Positions 52,764 through 62,086 of a DNA stretch of 64,000 bases are shown here, piece after piece (position 1 is the first letter of the stretch; every line of letters begins with the position of its first letter). Made by a program: the position numbers and the translations under genes. The notes beneath the pieces are model-generated. The model was not told where the DNA came from and ran no database searches. It worked only from the letters and a program-made list of their open reading frames with translations. This DNA is from an uncultured Candidatus Rokubacteria bacterium (GTDB lineage Bacteria > Methylomirabilota > Methylomirabilia > Rokubacteriales > DASRDR01), in the NCBI GenBank assembly GCA_963805625.1, contig CAWDVE010000019.1:544001-608000 (forward strand). The letters are read 5' to 3'.

Positions 52764-52823
52764 GACACTCCGACCGCGCGGCGCGGGCGGTGCGGGCGTC
52801 GCCTCTCGCGAGTCGAATCGGCC

Positions 52824-53213
52824 CTAGCAGCGGTTCGCGTCGTCGATGACGAGGGTGACCAGACCGGTCGCCGGCTCGTACCGGTAGTCGTTCCCCTCGC
52901 ACTGGAAGGACGGCGGCGGGTTCAGGAGCGTCGCCACGACGTCCTTGCTGGGGGGGTACGTGCCATGCTGGCCGAAGTACAGCGTAAGCGACGTCCGGAT
53001 CGAGGCCACGGTCGCGCGGTCGGCGGCGAGCCGCGCCGCGGACATGGGCTTCTGCTGCTGGATGGTCTCGACGGTCTTCGTCGTCGAGACGAAGTACTGG
53101 TAGAGGAACGCCCCGGCGACGGCGAGGATCACGGCCACGACGAGGATCTCCACCAGCCCGAAGCCGGACTGGCCGCGCCTGGCCCGAGACGTGAGAGCGC
53201 CGCCCCGATGCAC
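52824..53213 (-). CDS. Type IV pilin/pseudopilin-like protein
   Basis: Class III signal RRGQSG/FGLVEILVVAVIL with E5; later LYFGQHGTYP. Confidence 0.85.
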   Translation of the reverse strand: MHRGGALTSRARRGQSGFGLVEILVVAVILAVAGAFLYQYFVSTTKTVETIQQQKPMSAARLAADRATVASIRTSLTLYFGQHGTYPPSKDVVATLLNPPPSFQCEGNDYRYEPATGLVTLVIDDANRC

Positions 53214-53219
53214 GCCGCC

Positions 53220-53249
53220 ATCTTGAGTCGGCGCGTCCAGACGTGTCAA
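53220..53249 (-). promoter_or_regulatory. Sigma70 promoter candidate, probably leaderless, for the pilin gene
   Basis: TTGACA-N18-CAAGAT, 6 nt before GTG 53213. Confidence 0.5.
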
Positions 53250-53260
53250 GAAAAGCGGGC

Positions 53261-53302
53261 CCGGCCTAGCAGTTCCTCCCCGGGGAGGGTCCGCTAGGCC
53301 GG
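53261..53302 (-). terminator. Hairpin downstream of yjbQ
   Basis: CCGGCCTAGC...GCTAGGCCGG stem with inner CTCCCCGGGGAG; short T run follows on the minus strand. Confidence 0.5.
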
Positions 53303-53318
53303 AAACCGGCCGCGGCGG

Positions 53319-53747
53319 TCACTCCCCGACGATCTGGACCTGGAGCCTCCGGTCACGCGGCCCGTCGAGCTCGGCCAGGATGACGCGCTGGTACTGGCCG
53401 AGCAGGACCTCCCCGTCGGCCATGGCCAGCGCGATCGGACGTCCGAGCAGCGTCGCCCGCAGGTGCGCATGGGCGTTGGCGCGGTCGCAGTCCGAGTAGC
53501 GCGGATCGTCGTGACGATATCCGTCCCGTCGCGGGACCAGCTTCTGCAGCACGGCGCCGAGGTCGTCGAGGAGGGCCGACTGGAACTCGTTGATGAAGAC
53601 GGCGATCGTCGTGTGGAGCGAGTTGATCAGGAGCGTGCCGTTCTGGATGCCCGATCGGCTCACGGCGTCGCGGACCTGCTTCGTGACGTCGAGGAACTGC
53701 TGATTCTCTTCCGTCCGGATCTCGATCGTGTCCCGGAACACCTTCAT
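53319..53747 (-). CDS. yjbQ: YjbQ/UPF0047 family protein
   Basis: HTTIAVFINE, YRHD, NAHAHLRATLLG, LGQYQRVILAELDGPRDR. Confidence 0.92.
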   Translation of the reverse strand: MKVFRDTIEIRTEENQQFLDVTKQVRDAVSRSGIQNGTLLINSLHTTIAVFINEFQSALLDDLGAVLQKLVPRRDGYRHDDPRYSDCDRANAHAHLRATLLGRPIALAMADGEVLLGQYQRVILAELDGPRDRRLQVQIVGE

Positions 53748-53858
53748 CTGCCGCCTCCCTTGCCTACGTTCGAATGACACGCACGTGCGGCCCTGCCGCA
53801 TCCGTGCGCGTCGACGCCCGGTCTCGTGGAGCCCGGGCTCCGCCAGCTGCGGTGGAGC

Positions 53859-54155
53859 TCAGGCTGCGGGCGGTGCCCGCGGCAGCCGGCGAGGGAGGGG
53901 GGCCGGATCAGGCGGAGTCGCCCGGGAGCCGAGCTCCTCGAGGACCGCGCTCGAGTGACAGCCCGCGTCGAGCGGGATCGCGAGCGAAACGACGGCATCG
54001 AGCGCGGTGGTGGCCTGGGAAGGACCGGCGAGAGTGACTCCTGCGGTCGGCGCAGGCGCGAAGGCAAGGACCTGATCCAGTCCGAGGTGCTGGACGACGA
54101 GGAGAATGATGACGATGCGGCTCGCCCGGGTCAGCCCCCATCCCCTGAGCTGCAT
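53859..54155 (-). CDS. Small exported/membrane peptide ending in RAPP (candidate ribosome-arrest leader)
   Basis: Basic-hydrophobic N-terminus, Ala/Pro linker, C-terminal LPRAPPAA-stop; TATCCT 7 nt upstream of the ATG. Confidence 0.6.
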   Translation of the reverse strand: MQLRGWGLTRASRIVIILLVVQHLGLDQVLAFAPAPTAGVTLAGPSQATTALDAVVSLAIPLDAGCHSSAVLEELGSRATPPDPAPLPRRLPRAPPAA

Positions 54156-54235
54156 GCTCATCAGGATACCGGAGGTGCGCTATACTGCTCGCGTCCAGGA
54201 CGTCACGATCGGGAGCCGCCAACCCGGAGGGTCCC

Positions 54236-54556
54236 ATGCCGCTCTACATCATGCTGTCCTCGCTGTCCGAGACGGGCCGACAGGTGCTCCGCAAGCTGCC
54301 CGGCTCCATCCGCAAGGTCAACGCGGAGGTCGGCCGGATGGGGGCGCGGGTCATCGCCCAGTACGCCGTCCTGGGGCCCTACGACTTCGTCACGGTGCTG
54401 GAGGCTCCGGACAACGAGACCGTCTCCCGGATCTCGGTCGAGCTTGGCGCCCGGGGTTCCGTTCAGATGATGACGATGCCGGCCATCCCGGTGGACGACT
54501 TCATCAGCCGTCTGGCCAGCCCATCTCGCCGGGGCGGCGCCCGCCGGCGCCGCTGA
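54236..54556 (+). CDS. GYD domain protein
   Basis: YIMLSSLS, YAVLGPYDFVTVLEAPD, GSVQMMTMPA; RBS GGAGG. Confidence 0.88.
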   Translation: MPLYIMLSSLSETGRQVLRKLPGSIRKVNAEVGRMGARVIAQYAVLGPYDFVTVLEAPDNETVSRISVELGARGSVQMMTMPAIPVDDFISRLASPSRRGGARRRR

Positions 54557-54700
54557 GATCACCCGGCCGCCGGCGCGGCCGACTGCCCTGCGTCTGACCG
54601 AGTGGGCACGCGTCGGACCGCCGTGACGAGCTGGGCTGGTCCCCGCAATTCCGGGAAGCGAAGCGTGGCCCTCGAGGGCCGGACCGAACGCGACTGACCC

Positions 54701-56026
54701 GTGCTCCTGCTTCCCGAGCGCTGCTACGCGGCGGGGGCTGTCCACGACGGCTGGGCCGTCCGTCTCGAGGACGGTCGGATCACTGCCTTGGGGCCGCGGG
54801 CGGCGCTCCCGCCGTACCCGGCCGTCGAGGCCAACGCGCCGGAGGCGGTCTGCCCCCTCCCCGGGCGGCTTCTCCTCCCCGGTGGCGTCAACGCCCACAA
54901 CCATTCATTCCAGTCGCTCCTCCGCGGGCTCGGCGACGATCTCGACTTCATGGGGTGGCGCGACCGCGTTCTCTATCCCTTCTCGCGGCGGCTGGACGCC
55001 CGGGGAATCGAGATCGGGGCGGCCTTCGCCTTCGCCGAGATGCTGCGCCACGGCATCACGACGGTCGTGGACTTCTTCTACGTCCAGGGCGGCGGCAACG
55101 CGAACGCGGAGGCAGCCATCCGGGCGGCGAAGCAGGTCGGGATCCGCCTCGTCCTGGCCCGCGCCTTCTACGACTGGTCCGGGGCGCCGCCGGAGTATCG
55201 CGAGACGGTACCGGAGGCGACCGCGCGCTGCCGGGAGCTGATGGCCCGGTACGCCGGCGATCCGACGGTGAGCGTCCAGCCGGCGCCCCACAGCCTTCAC
55301 GCGGCCTCGCCCGAGATGATCCGCGCCGCGGCGGCGCTCGCGGACGAGGTTCGCGTGCCGTTCCACATCCACGTCGCCGAGTACCGCGCCGAGCGCGAGC
55401 AGATCGAGGCCCGCCACGGAGTCACCCCGGTGCGATACCTCGACCAGCTCGGCGTCCTGGGTCCGCGGCTCATCGGCGTCCATTGCGTGTGGGTCGACGG
55501 CGGCGAGGTGGAGCTCCTGGCCGAGCGGGGCGCCCGTGTCGCCTACTGCCCGTCCTCGAACATGATCCTGGGTGACGGGGTGACCAGGCTGCGGGAGATG
55601 CGCGCCATCGGTGTCCCCGTGGCGCTCGGCACGGATGGCGGCTGCACGAACAACCGGCTGTCCATCTTCGAGGAGATGCGGATGGCCGCTCTTCTCCAGA
55701 AGGTCACGCACCTCGACGGGACCGCCTTCAGCGCCGAGGAGGCATTCTGGCTCGGGACGGCCGGTGGCGGCGAGGTGCTCGGCCTTCCCGTCGGCGAGAT
55801 CGCGCCGGGCCGCTTCGGGGACCTGGTCGCGCTCGATCTCGAGCATCCGTCGCTCCACCCGCCGAACGCGATCATGAAGAACGTCGTCTACGCGCTCTCG
55901 CCCCAGGCGATCACGGACGTGTGGGTGCACGGCCGTCCGGTCGTGCGGCAGGGGCGCATCGCGACCCTCGACGAGGCGGAGCTCCTCGGGGAAGTGCGGG
56001 CCCTCACGCGCGACTGGCGCGTCTGA
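54701..56026 (+). CDS. Metal-dependent amidohydrolase (SsnA/AtzA/MtaD-like deaminase)
   Basis: PGGVNAHNH, APHS, HIHVAE, HCVW, CPSSN, LGTDG. Confidence 0.92.
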   Translation: MLLLPERCYAAGAVHDGWAVRLEDGRITALGPRAALPPYPAVEANAPEAVCPLPGRLLLPGGVNAHNHSFQSLLRGLGDDLDFMGWRDRVLYPFSRRLDARGIEIGAAFAFAEMLRHGITTVVDFFYVQGGGNANAEAAIRAAKQVGIRLVLARAFYDWSGAPPEYRETVPEATARCRELMARYAGDPTVSVQPAPHSLHAASPEMIRAAAALADEVRVPFHIHVAEYRAEREQIEARHGVTPVRYLDQLGVLGPRLIGVHCVWVDGGEVELLAERGARVAYCPSSNMILGDGVTRLREMRAIGVPVALGTDGGCTNNRLSIFEEMRMAALLQKVTHLDGTAFSAEEAFWLGTAGGGEVLGLPVGEIAPGRFGDLVALDLEHPSLHPPNAIMKNVVYALSPQAITDVWVHGRPVVRQGRIATLDEAELLGEVRALTRDWRV

Positions 56027-56091
56027 CCGCGGCCGTCAACCACCTCGGCCCGTGCGTCACGGCACGGTGACGGCCGTGCTATAAGAGCGCG

Positions 56092-57084
56092 ATGCGATTC
56101 GGGTTCATTCCCACCGAGGGCGGGCACCTCGCGCGCGAGGCGCTGGCGGAGGTCGACCGCGCGGAGACGTTCGGCCTCGACTCCGTCTGGATGGAGGAGC
56201 ACCATGGCGTTCGCGGCCACTACTGGCCGTCGCCGCTCGTGGTGCTCGCAGGCTTCGCCACCCGGACGTCGCGGCTGCTCCTCGGCACCGACGTGGTGGT
56301 CCTGCCGTTCTACGATCCGGTTCGTGCGGCCGAGGATGCGGCGATGGTCGACGTGCTCTCGGAGGGCCGGCTCGTGTTCGGCGCCGCGATCGGGTACCGG
56401 CCGGACGAGTTCGCCCTCTATCGCACGCCGCTCGAGAAGCGGGGGGCGCGGTTCGAGGAGGCCCTCGCCGTGATCCGGGCGCTCTGGACGCAGGAGACGG
56501 TCACGCTTCCGGGGCCCCACTATCCGCTCGAGGACGCGCGTATCGAGCCGAAGCCCGTTCAGCGGCCGCACCCTCCGATCTGGATCGGCGGCTGGGGCGA
56601 GCTGATGATCCGGCGGGCGGCGCGCCTGGCCGACGCGTGGATTCCCGGCCCGACGGCGCACCTCCAGAAGCTGCTCGACGGCAAGGCGCGCTATCAGGCC
56701 GAGCTGCGGGCGGCGGGTCGGCCGGACCCGGCCGAGTGGCCGCTCACGCGCGACACCGTGATCGCCGACACCGACGCGGAGGCGCTCGAGCTCGCCGAGC
56801 GCCATCTCCTGGTGAACTACCGCGACGAGTACGGCGGCGGCCGCTGGAAGCACCCGCTCATCGGCGCAGAGGATGCCACGCCGGTGGACCAGCTCGACGC
56901 GCTCGGGCGCGACCGCTTCGTGATCGGCGGGCCCGAGCGGTGCAGGGCGCAGGTGCGGCGCTTCATCCAGGCGTTTGGCGCGACCCACATCATCTTCCGG
57001 CTGTACTTTCCCGGGATGCCGCACCGCCATATCCTCCGGGAGCTGGAGCTCCTGGCCCGCGAGGTCGCGCCCGCCTTTCGCTGA
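56092..57084 (+). CDS. LLM-class flavin-dependent oxidoreductase
   Basis: SVWMEEHH, LPFYDPVRAAED, GYRPDEF, PKPVQRPHPPIWIGG. Confidence 0.92.
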   Translation: MRFGFIPTEGGHLAREALAEVDRAETFGLDSVWMEEHHGVRGHYWPSPLVVLAGFATRTSRLLLGTDVVVLPFYDPVRAAEDAAMVDVLSEGRLVFGAAIGYRPDEFALYRTPLEKRGARFEEALAVIRALWTQETVTLPGPHYPLEDARIEPKPVQRPHPPIWIGGWGELMIRRAARLADAWIPGPTAHLQKLLDGKARYQAELRAAGRPDPAEWPLTRDTVIADTDAEALELAERHLLVNYRDEYGGGRWKHPLIGAEDATPVDQLDALGRDRFVIGGPERCRAQVRRFIQAFGATHIIFRLYFPGMPHRHILRELELLAREVAPAFR

Positions 57085-57143
57085 CCCGCCGCCCGGGCCC
57101 GCGTGGCGAAAGGGCCCGCGCGGCCAGGCGTACAATACCGGAG

Positions 57144-59621
57144 ATGCGCAGGAACGCGCTCTTCTGGGGCATCCTCGGGCTCGCACTCGCCGTCGGTGTC
57201 GTCACCACTCTCGATCGGTACCAGCGCCAGGGCCGGACCTTCGCCGGCTTCTGGGTGATGGAGAACCTGCTCGTCGCGATCGGCGGACCCGAGCGTGGGC
57301 CGCTCGAGCCGTTCGACGTCGTCCGGGTCATGAACGGGCAAGTGCTCAAGAGCGGCCGGGACATCCAGACGACGATCGAGAGCCAGGATCCGCAAACGAC
57401 ATTCCACTACATCGTCTACCGGCGCGGCCAGCTGGTCGAGGTAGACGTCAAGACTCGCCTCTTCGCGCGTCGAGACTTTCTGCGGTTCGTGGCCGAGTCC
57501 CTCCTGTCAGGCTTGTTCCAGCTTGCGGTGGGTGCGGTCGTGTTCCTGATCCGCCCGGGGCGGTCACAGAGCTGGCTGTTTCTCACCTTTGCACTGATTG
57601 CGTATCTAGTCAGCGTCACCTTTGCCGACGCGCACACGACGTACCGCTTCTCCGGGTTGTTCCTGACTGCCTGGGCCTTCTGGCCGGCGACGCTGCTTCA
57701 CCTCGCCCTGACGTTCCCGCAGCGCCGCCGGATCCTCCGGCGCTTTCCGCGGGCGGTCTGGCTGCCCTACTTGATCTCGGCGGCCATCGCCGCGCTCCTT
57801 CAGCTGCCGGGGGTCTACCAGCAGCTGCCGGGGGTCTACCAGCTGCCGGGACTCCAGGGTGACGTCCGGCTCCTCCTCGCCGTGCCCGCCACCGGAGCCG
57901 CGTACTGGGGAGTGGCGCTGATCCTGCTGGTCCTTTCGCTCGCCCGGGCCAGCGTGGTGGGCGGTACCCCCTTGATCCGGCAGCGGGCACGGATCCTGTG
58001 CGCGGCGTTCGTTCTCGGCTACATCCCGCCGATCCTCGGGACGGCGACCGAGGCTCTCTTCCAGGTGACGGTCCCCTATCTGAATGCGATGTGGAGGCTG
58101 ACGCTCCTCTTTCCCATCGTCATGGCCTACGCCATGGTTCGCTACGACCTGTTCGACGTACGCGCTGCGCTCCGCGCCGGCGCCGTCTACTCGGCGGCCA
58201 CCGGAGTCGTGGTGCTCGCCTACACGGGCGCCATTGCCGGCACGGACATCCTCCTGGCCAACTGGGAGGCCGCGCAGTCGCCCGTCGTCGCCGCCGCCGT
58301 CATGGCGGTGCTGGTCGTGGTGCTGCTGAACCCGCTCTACCTCCGATCGCAGCGGCTGGTCGACCGTCTGTTCTTCCGACAGCGGGTGGACGTCCAGCGG
58401 TCGATCGAGCACGTTTCGGAGGTCATGAGCGGGCTTCTCGACCTCCGGCGGATCGTCGAGCTGCTCACCCAGACCGTCGAAGAGCAGCTGCACCCCTTGC
58501 GGCAGGAGTTGTATCTCCTCGACGCGGGCCGCCAAGGCTACGTGCGCGCGGAGCAGGAGGAGGCGGACGAGCAGGACGGCCGGCCCCCGATCGACGGCGG
58601 CTCGCCGCTGGTGCGGTGTCTCGAGCTGCGCCGCCAGCCGCTGACGCGGGAGCGGGTCGAGGAGGATCCCGCGCTGGAGGACTACCAGGCGGGGTGTCTC
58701 ACGGCGATGGACGGCCTCGGGGCGACCCTGGCCGTGCCGTTCCTCTTCCAGGGTCGCGTGACGGGCTTCCTCGCCCTGGGTTCGAAGCGGTCTGGCCTCG
58801 GTTACTCGAGCCAGGACCTCGGACTCCTCCGGCTCCTGGCGAATTCGAGCGCCCTGGCCCTCGAGCACGCGCAGGCGTACGCGGCCCTCCAGGACACGAA
58901 CGCGGAGCTGCGAGCGGCGATCCGGCGTGTGGAGATCCTCGAAAGCATCCGGACGAACCTCGCCAAGTTCGTTCCCCGCACCGTGCAGGACCTGATCGAG
59001 CGCGCGCCGGAGGCCCCGGAGCTGGACAAGCGCGAGGTGGACGTGACCGTGCTGTTCGTCGACCTGGTGGGCTACACGCGGCTCACCGAGCGGCTCGACC
59101 CCACCCGCGTCAACGAGCTGGTCGAGCGGTGCTTCGGCGCTTACCTCGACGAGATCCTCCGGCGAGGCGGGGACGTGAACGAGACGGCTGGCGACGGCCT
59201 CATGGCCATCTTCCACGATGCGGATTCGCGGCGCCACGCCCGCCAGGCGGTGAGGTGCGCGCTCGGGATCCTGCGCCGGACACGTGAGCTGAACGAGACG
59301 CTGCACGGGCTGCCCGAGCCGCTCGCCGTCCATATCGGCGTGAACTCCGGCCTCGCCACCGTGGGCGCCACCAAGATCGAGGGCGCGAACGGCACGCGAT
59401 GGACGTACACCGCCTCAGGGCAGGTCACCATCGTGGCGGCTCGTCTCGCCGCCCTCGCCCGGAGGGACGAGATCCTGGTGGGGGCCGGAACCAGGGAGCG
59501 GCTGGGCGACGAGTTCTCGTTCGAGACCCTCGGCGAGCGGCCCTTGCGGAACGTCGAGATGCCGGTGAAGGTGTTCCGGCTGATGCTGGCCCAGCCCGTT
59601 CCCGCGACGGCCACGGCCTGA
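57144..59621 (+). CDS. Membrane class III nucleotidyl cyclase (PDZ-like, multi-TM, GAF, cyclase)
   Basis: TVLFVDLVGYTRL, NETAGDGLMAIF, HIGVNSG, YTASGQVTIVAARL. Confidence 0.9.
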   Translation: MRRNALFWGILGLALAVGVVTTLDRYQRQGRTFAGFWVMENLLVAIGGPERGPLEPFDVVRVMNGQVLKSGRDIQTTIESQDPQTTFHYIVYRRGQLVEVDVKTRLFARRDFLRFVAESLLSGLFQLAVGAVVFLIRPGRSQSWLFLTFALIAYLVSVTFADAHTTYRFSGLFLTAWAFWPATLLHLALTFPQRRRILRRFPRAVWLPYLISAAIAALLQLPGVYQQLPGVYQLPGLQGDVRLLLAVPATGAAYWGVALILLVLSLARASVVGGTPLIRQRARILCAAFVLGYIPPILGTATEALFQVTVPYLNAMWRLTLLFPIVMAYAMVRYDLFDVRAALRAGAVYSAATGVVVLAYTGAIAGTDILLANWEAAQSPVVAAAVMAVLVVVLLNPLYLRSQRLVDRLFFRQRVDVQRSIEHVSEVMSGLLDLRRIVELLTQTVEEQLHPLRQELYLLDAGRQGYVRAEQEEADEQDGRPPIDGGSPLVRCLELRRQPLTRERVEEDPALEDYQAGCLTAMDGLGATLAVPFLFQGRVTGFLALGSKRSGLGYSSQDLGLLRLLANSSALALEHAQAYAALQDTNAELRAAIRRVEILESIRTNLAKFVPRTVQDLIERAPEAPELDKREVDVTVLFVDLVGYTRLTERLDPTRVNELVERCFGAYLDEILRRGGDVNETAGDGLMAIFHDADSRRHARQAVRCALGILRRTRELNETLHGLPEPLAVHIGVNSGLATVGATKIEGANGTRWTYTASGQVTIVAARLAALARRDEILVGAGTRERLGDEFSFETLGERPLRNVEMPVKVFRLMLAQPVPATATA
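57801..57851 (+). repeat. In-frame tandem duplication QLPGVY(Q) inside the cyclase gene
   Basis: CAGCTGCCGGGGGTCTACCAG-CAGCTGCCGGGGGTCTAC-CAGCTGCCGGGA. Confidence 0.85.
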
Positions 59622-59681
59622 GCGGCCGAGGCGCCCCACACCGACCCGGGCGGACCCGGATCCGTCAGACCGGTCGCGTCC

Positions 59682-60254
59682 TCATCCGCGTTCCATCGAC
59701 CAGAACTCGGGGCCGAAGTGGTCCCACGGCAGGCGCCACTCGTCGGTCCGATCGCGGTCCGCGGTGAAGAACTGGTTGACCGCGTAGAGAATCGACTGGG
59801 GCTCCGTCCCGAGGTTCGCCACCCCGTGAGCCACGCCCCGGGGGATCAGCAGGCGGTGGCAGCGCCCGGCGCCCAGGACCAGGCGCTGCGGGGTCGGCCG
59901 TGTCTCGGAATGGACGTCGCGTCGAAGATCCGCAAGGCCGACGAGGAGCGTCGCGTTGGGTGGCACGACGAAGAGGTCTTCCTGGTCGAGGTGGAGGTGC
60001 CAGGCCTTGACCGCGCCGGGCTGGAGCAAGCTCCAGTTCCACTGGACGGGCCGGAAGGCCTCGAGCCCCTGGATGCCGCCGCTCCCTCCATCGATCCGCG
60101 CGATCTCCGCGAATAGTCCGTCCGCGCTCCGCGAGACGGCTACCTCCGAAAGCACCACGCCGGCGATCGGCGCGCGCGGTGCGTAGGACTGACGGGTCAG
60201 ACGCTGCCGCGCCTCGTCGACGAGGTCATCCGGATCGAGGGGACGCGGCTCCAT
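59682..60254 (-). CDS. RmlC-like (dTDP-4-dehydrorhamnose 3,5-epimerase family) cupin
   Basis: DGLFAE, PGAVKAWHLH, LADLR, LLIPRGVAHG. Confidence 0.85.
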   Translation of the reverse strand: MEPRPLDPDDLVDEARQRLTRQSYAPRAPIAGVVLSEVAVSRSADGLFAEIARIDGGSGGIQGLEAFRPVQWNWSLLQPGAVKAWHLHLDQEDLFVVPPNATLLVGLADLRRDVHSETRPTPQRLVLGAGRCHRLLIPRGVAHGVANLGTEPQSILYAVNQFFTADRDRTDEWRLPWDHFGPEFWSMERG

Positions 60255-60314
60255 ACCCGCGGCATTCTATCATCCATCGTGTCCGATGTGCGGCCCTGAC
60301 GGCCTTCGTCCTGG

Positions 60315-61208
60315 TCAGGAGGACGGATGCGGACTCGTCGCCTCCGCAAGGTAGAAGGCGTCGAGTGCGGCGACGGCGATCGGCTCCGCCAGGGTTGGCG
60401 CATGGCCAACTCCCTCGACGTCGACGTGGCGGAGACGCGGCTGCCGCACCTGCATGGCCGCCGCCGTCTCTCGAGAGAGGATGTCGCTCTCGGAGCCGCG
60501 GAGGACGAGGACGGGACATCGAAGGGCTTCGAGGGCCGCCCACCATGCCTGGCTCGCGGCGCGGGTGGCCTCCGGCGTCGGGCGGGGGGCGCGCCCGATC
60601 GCCGGGTCGAACTTGAGCCGCCATGCGCCATCCGGCGCCCGCCGGACCGCCCAGCGGATCGCGTCGGTCACCGTCTCGGGCGGAAGCCCCGTGAGCCAGG
60701 GATACTGCGCGAGGGCCCACGCGATGGCGGCGGCGAGGTCCGGGAAACGCTCCGGGACGGCAGCCGTGTACGTCGCGACGCGCGTGGCGCCGCGCGGGTC
60801 GATCTCGGGCCCGATGTCATTGAGAGCGAGGGAGCGGAGCCGCCCCGGCGCCGCCCGGGCGAGCGAGAGCCCGATGAGCCCGCCTAGCGAGGTGCCGAGG
60901 ACGTGGACGGCGTCCAGCCCGAGCGCGTCGAGCAGTGCGAGCACGTCGGCGACGTACTGCGGGATCGCATAGGTATCCGCCGCCCACCCGCTCTCCCCCC
61001 GGCCCCGGAGATCGAGCGCCACGCAGCGGTGGCGCCGAGCCAGCCGTGCTGCGACGGCGTCGAACGCGTGGCTTTGCTGCGTGAGCCCGTGGAGGAGGAG
61101 GACGGTTTCCGCCCCGGCTGCCCCGCCGCCGACCCCATCCCGCCGACCCTGCCAGTCCTGAAAATGGAGCCAGACCCCGTTGAGGTGGAGCCACTCGTCC
61201 GTGTACAT
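60315..61208 (-). CDS. Alpha/beta fold hydrolase
   Basis: LLHGL, DLRGRGES, GTSLGG nucleophile elbow, SDIL, GHAP. Confidence 0.92.
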   Translation of the reverse strand: MYTDEWLHLNGVWLHFQDWQGRRDGVGGGAAGAETVLLLHGLTQQSHAFDAVAARLARRHRCVALDLRGRGESGWAADTYAIPQYVADVLALLDALGLDAVHVLGTSLGGLIGLSLARAAPGRLRSLALNDIGPEIDPRGATRVATYTAAVPERFPDLAAAIAWALAQYPWLTGLPPETVTDAIRWAVRRAPDGAWRLKFDPAIGRAPRPTPEATRAASQAWWAALEALRCPVLVLRGSESDILSRETAAAMQVRQPRLRHVDVEGVGHAPTLAEPIAVAALDAFYLAEATSPHPSS

Positions 61209-61351
61209 GGGCGCCCGCCATGATGCGGAGGGCGTCGTGTCCTGTCAATTGCGTGGGCGGCGATGGGCGCACCCGAGCCGGTGAGTCGACGCATGATCCA
61301 GGCGCTCCTTCGATTGCGAGCCTCCAGGGCGCCGGGTAGGATGGGCTTGGG

Positions 61352-62083
61352 ATGGGTGCGCTCCTCTCCTTCGATGCCCTGCTCGGTCTGGCGACGCTCA
61401 CCCTCATGGAGATCGTGCTGGGCATCGACAACGTCGTGTTCATCGCGATCCTGGTGGCGAAGCTGCCGGCCGCCCAGCAGAACCTCGCGCGCCGGCTGGG
61501 CCTCACCCTGGCGCTCGGCATCCGCATCCTCCTGCTCCTGGCGATCTCCTGGATCATGGGGCTCACGAAGCCGCTCGTGACCTTCGGGGAGAGCGAGATG
61601 TCGGGACGCAGCCTCATCCTGCTGGGCGGGGGGCTCTTCCTCATGTTCAAGGCGACGCGGGAGGTGTACGAGAAGGTCGAGGGGCACGCCCACGAAGCGG
61701 CGCACGGCAAGTCGCGCGCCATGTTCGGCTGGGTCCTCTTCCAGATCCTCCTGCTCGACATCGTGTTCTCGCTGGATTCCGTGATCACCGCGGTGGGCAT
61801 GGCGAACCAGGTCTCGGTCATGATCACGGCGATGGTCCTCGCCATGCTCGTGATGCTCGTGTCGGCTGGAGCCGTGAGCGGCTTCGTCGACCGGCACCCG
61901 AGCGTCAAGATCCTGGCGCTGTCGTTCCTCCTCCTCATCGGGGTGATGCTGGTGGCCGAGGGGATGGGCACCCACATGGCGAAGGGGTACGTCTACTTCG
62001 CGATGGCGTTCTCCCTCTTCGTCGAGATGCTGAACCTGCGCTACCGGCAGCGTGACGTGGCCCGACGCCGTGCGCGTGCCTGA
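61352..62083 (+). CDS. TerC family membrane protein
   Basis: EIVLGIDNVVFI, LDIVFSLDSVITAVGM, GYVYFAMAFS. Confidence 0.94.
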   Translation: MGALLSFDALLGLATLTLMEIVLGIDNVVFIAILVAKLPAAQQNLARRLGLTLALGIRILLLLAISWIMGLTKPLVTFGESEMSGRSLILLGGGLFLMFKATREVYEKVEGHAHEAAHGKSRAMFGWVLFQILLLDIVFSLDSVITAVGMANQVSVMITAMVLAMLVMLVSAGAVSGFVDRHPSVKILALSFLLLIGVMLVAEGMGTHMAKGYVYFAMAFSLFVEMLNLRYRQRDVARRRARA

Positions 62084-62086
62084 CCC

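Noticed and set aside
61352-62083. Tellurite-resistance or anti-phage ter cluster
   Set aside because: Lone TerC-family gene without terA, terB, terD or terZ
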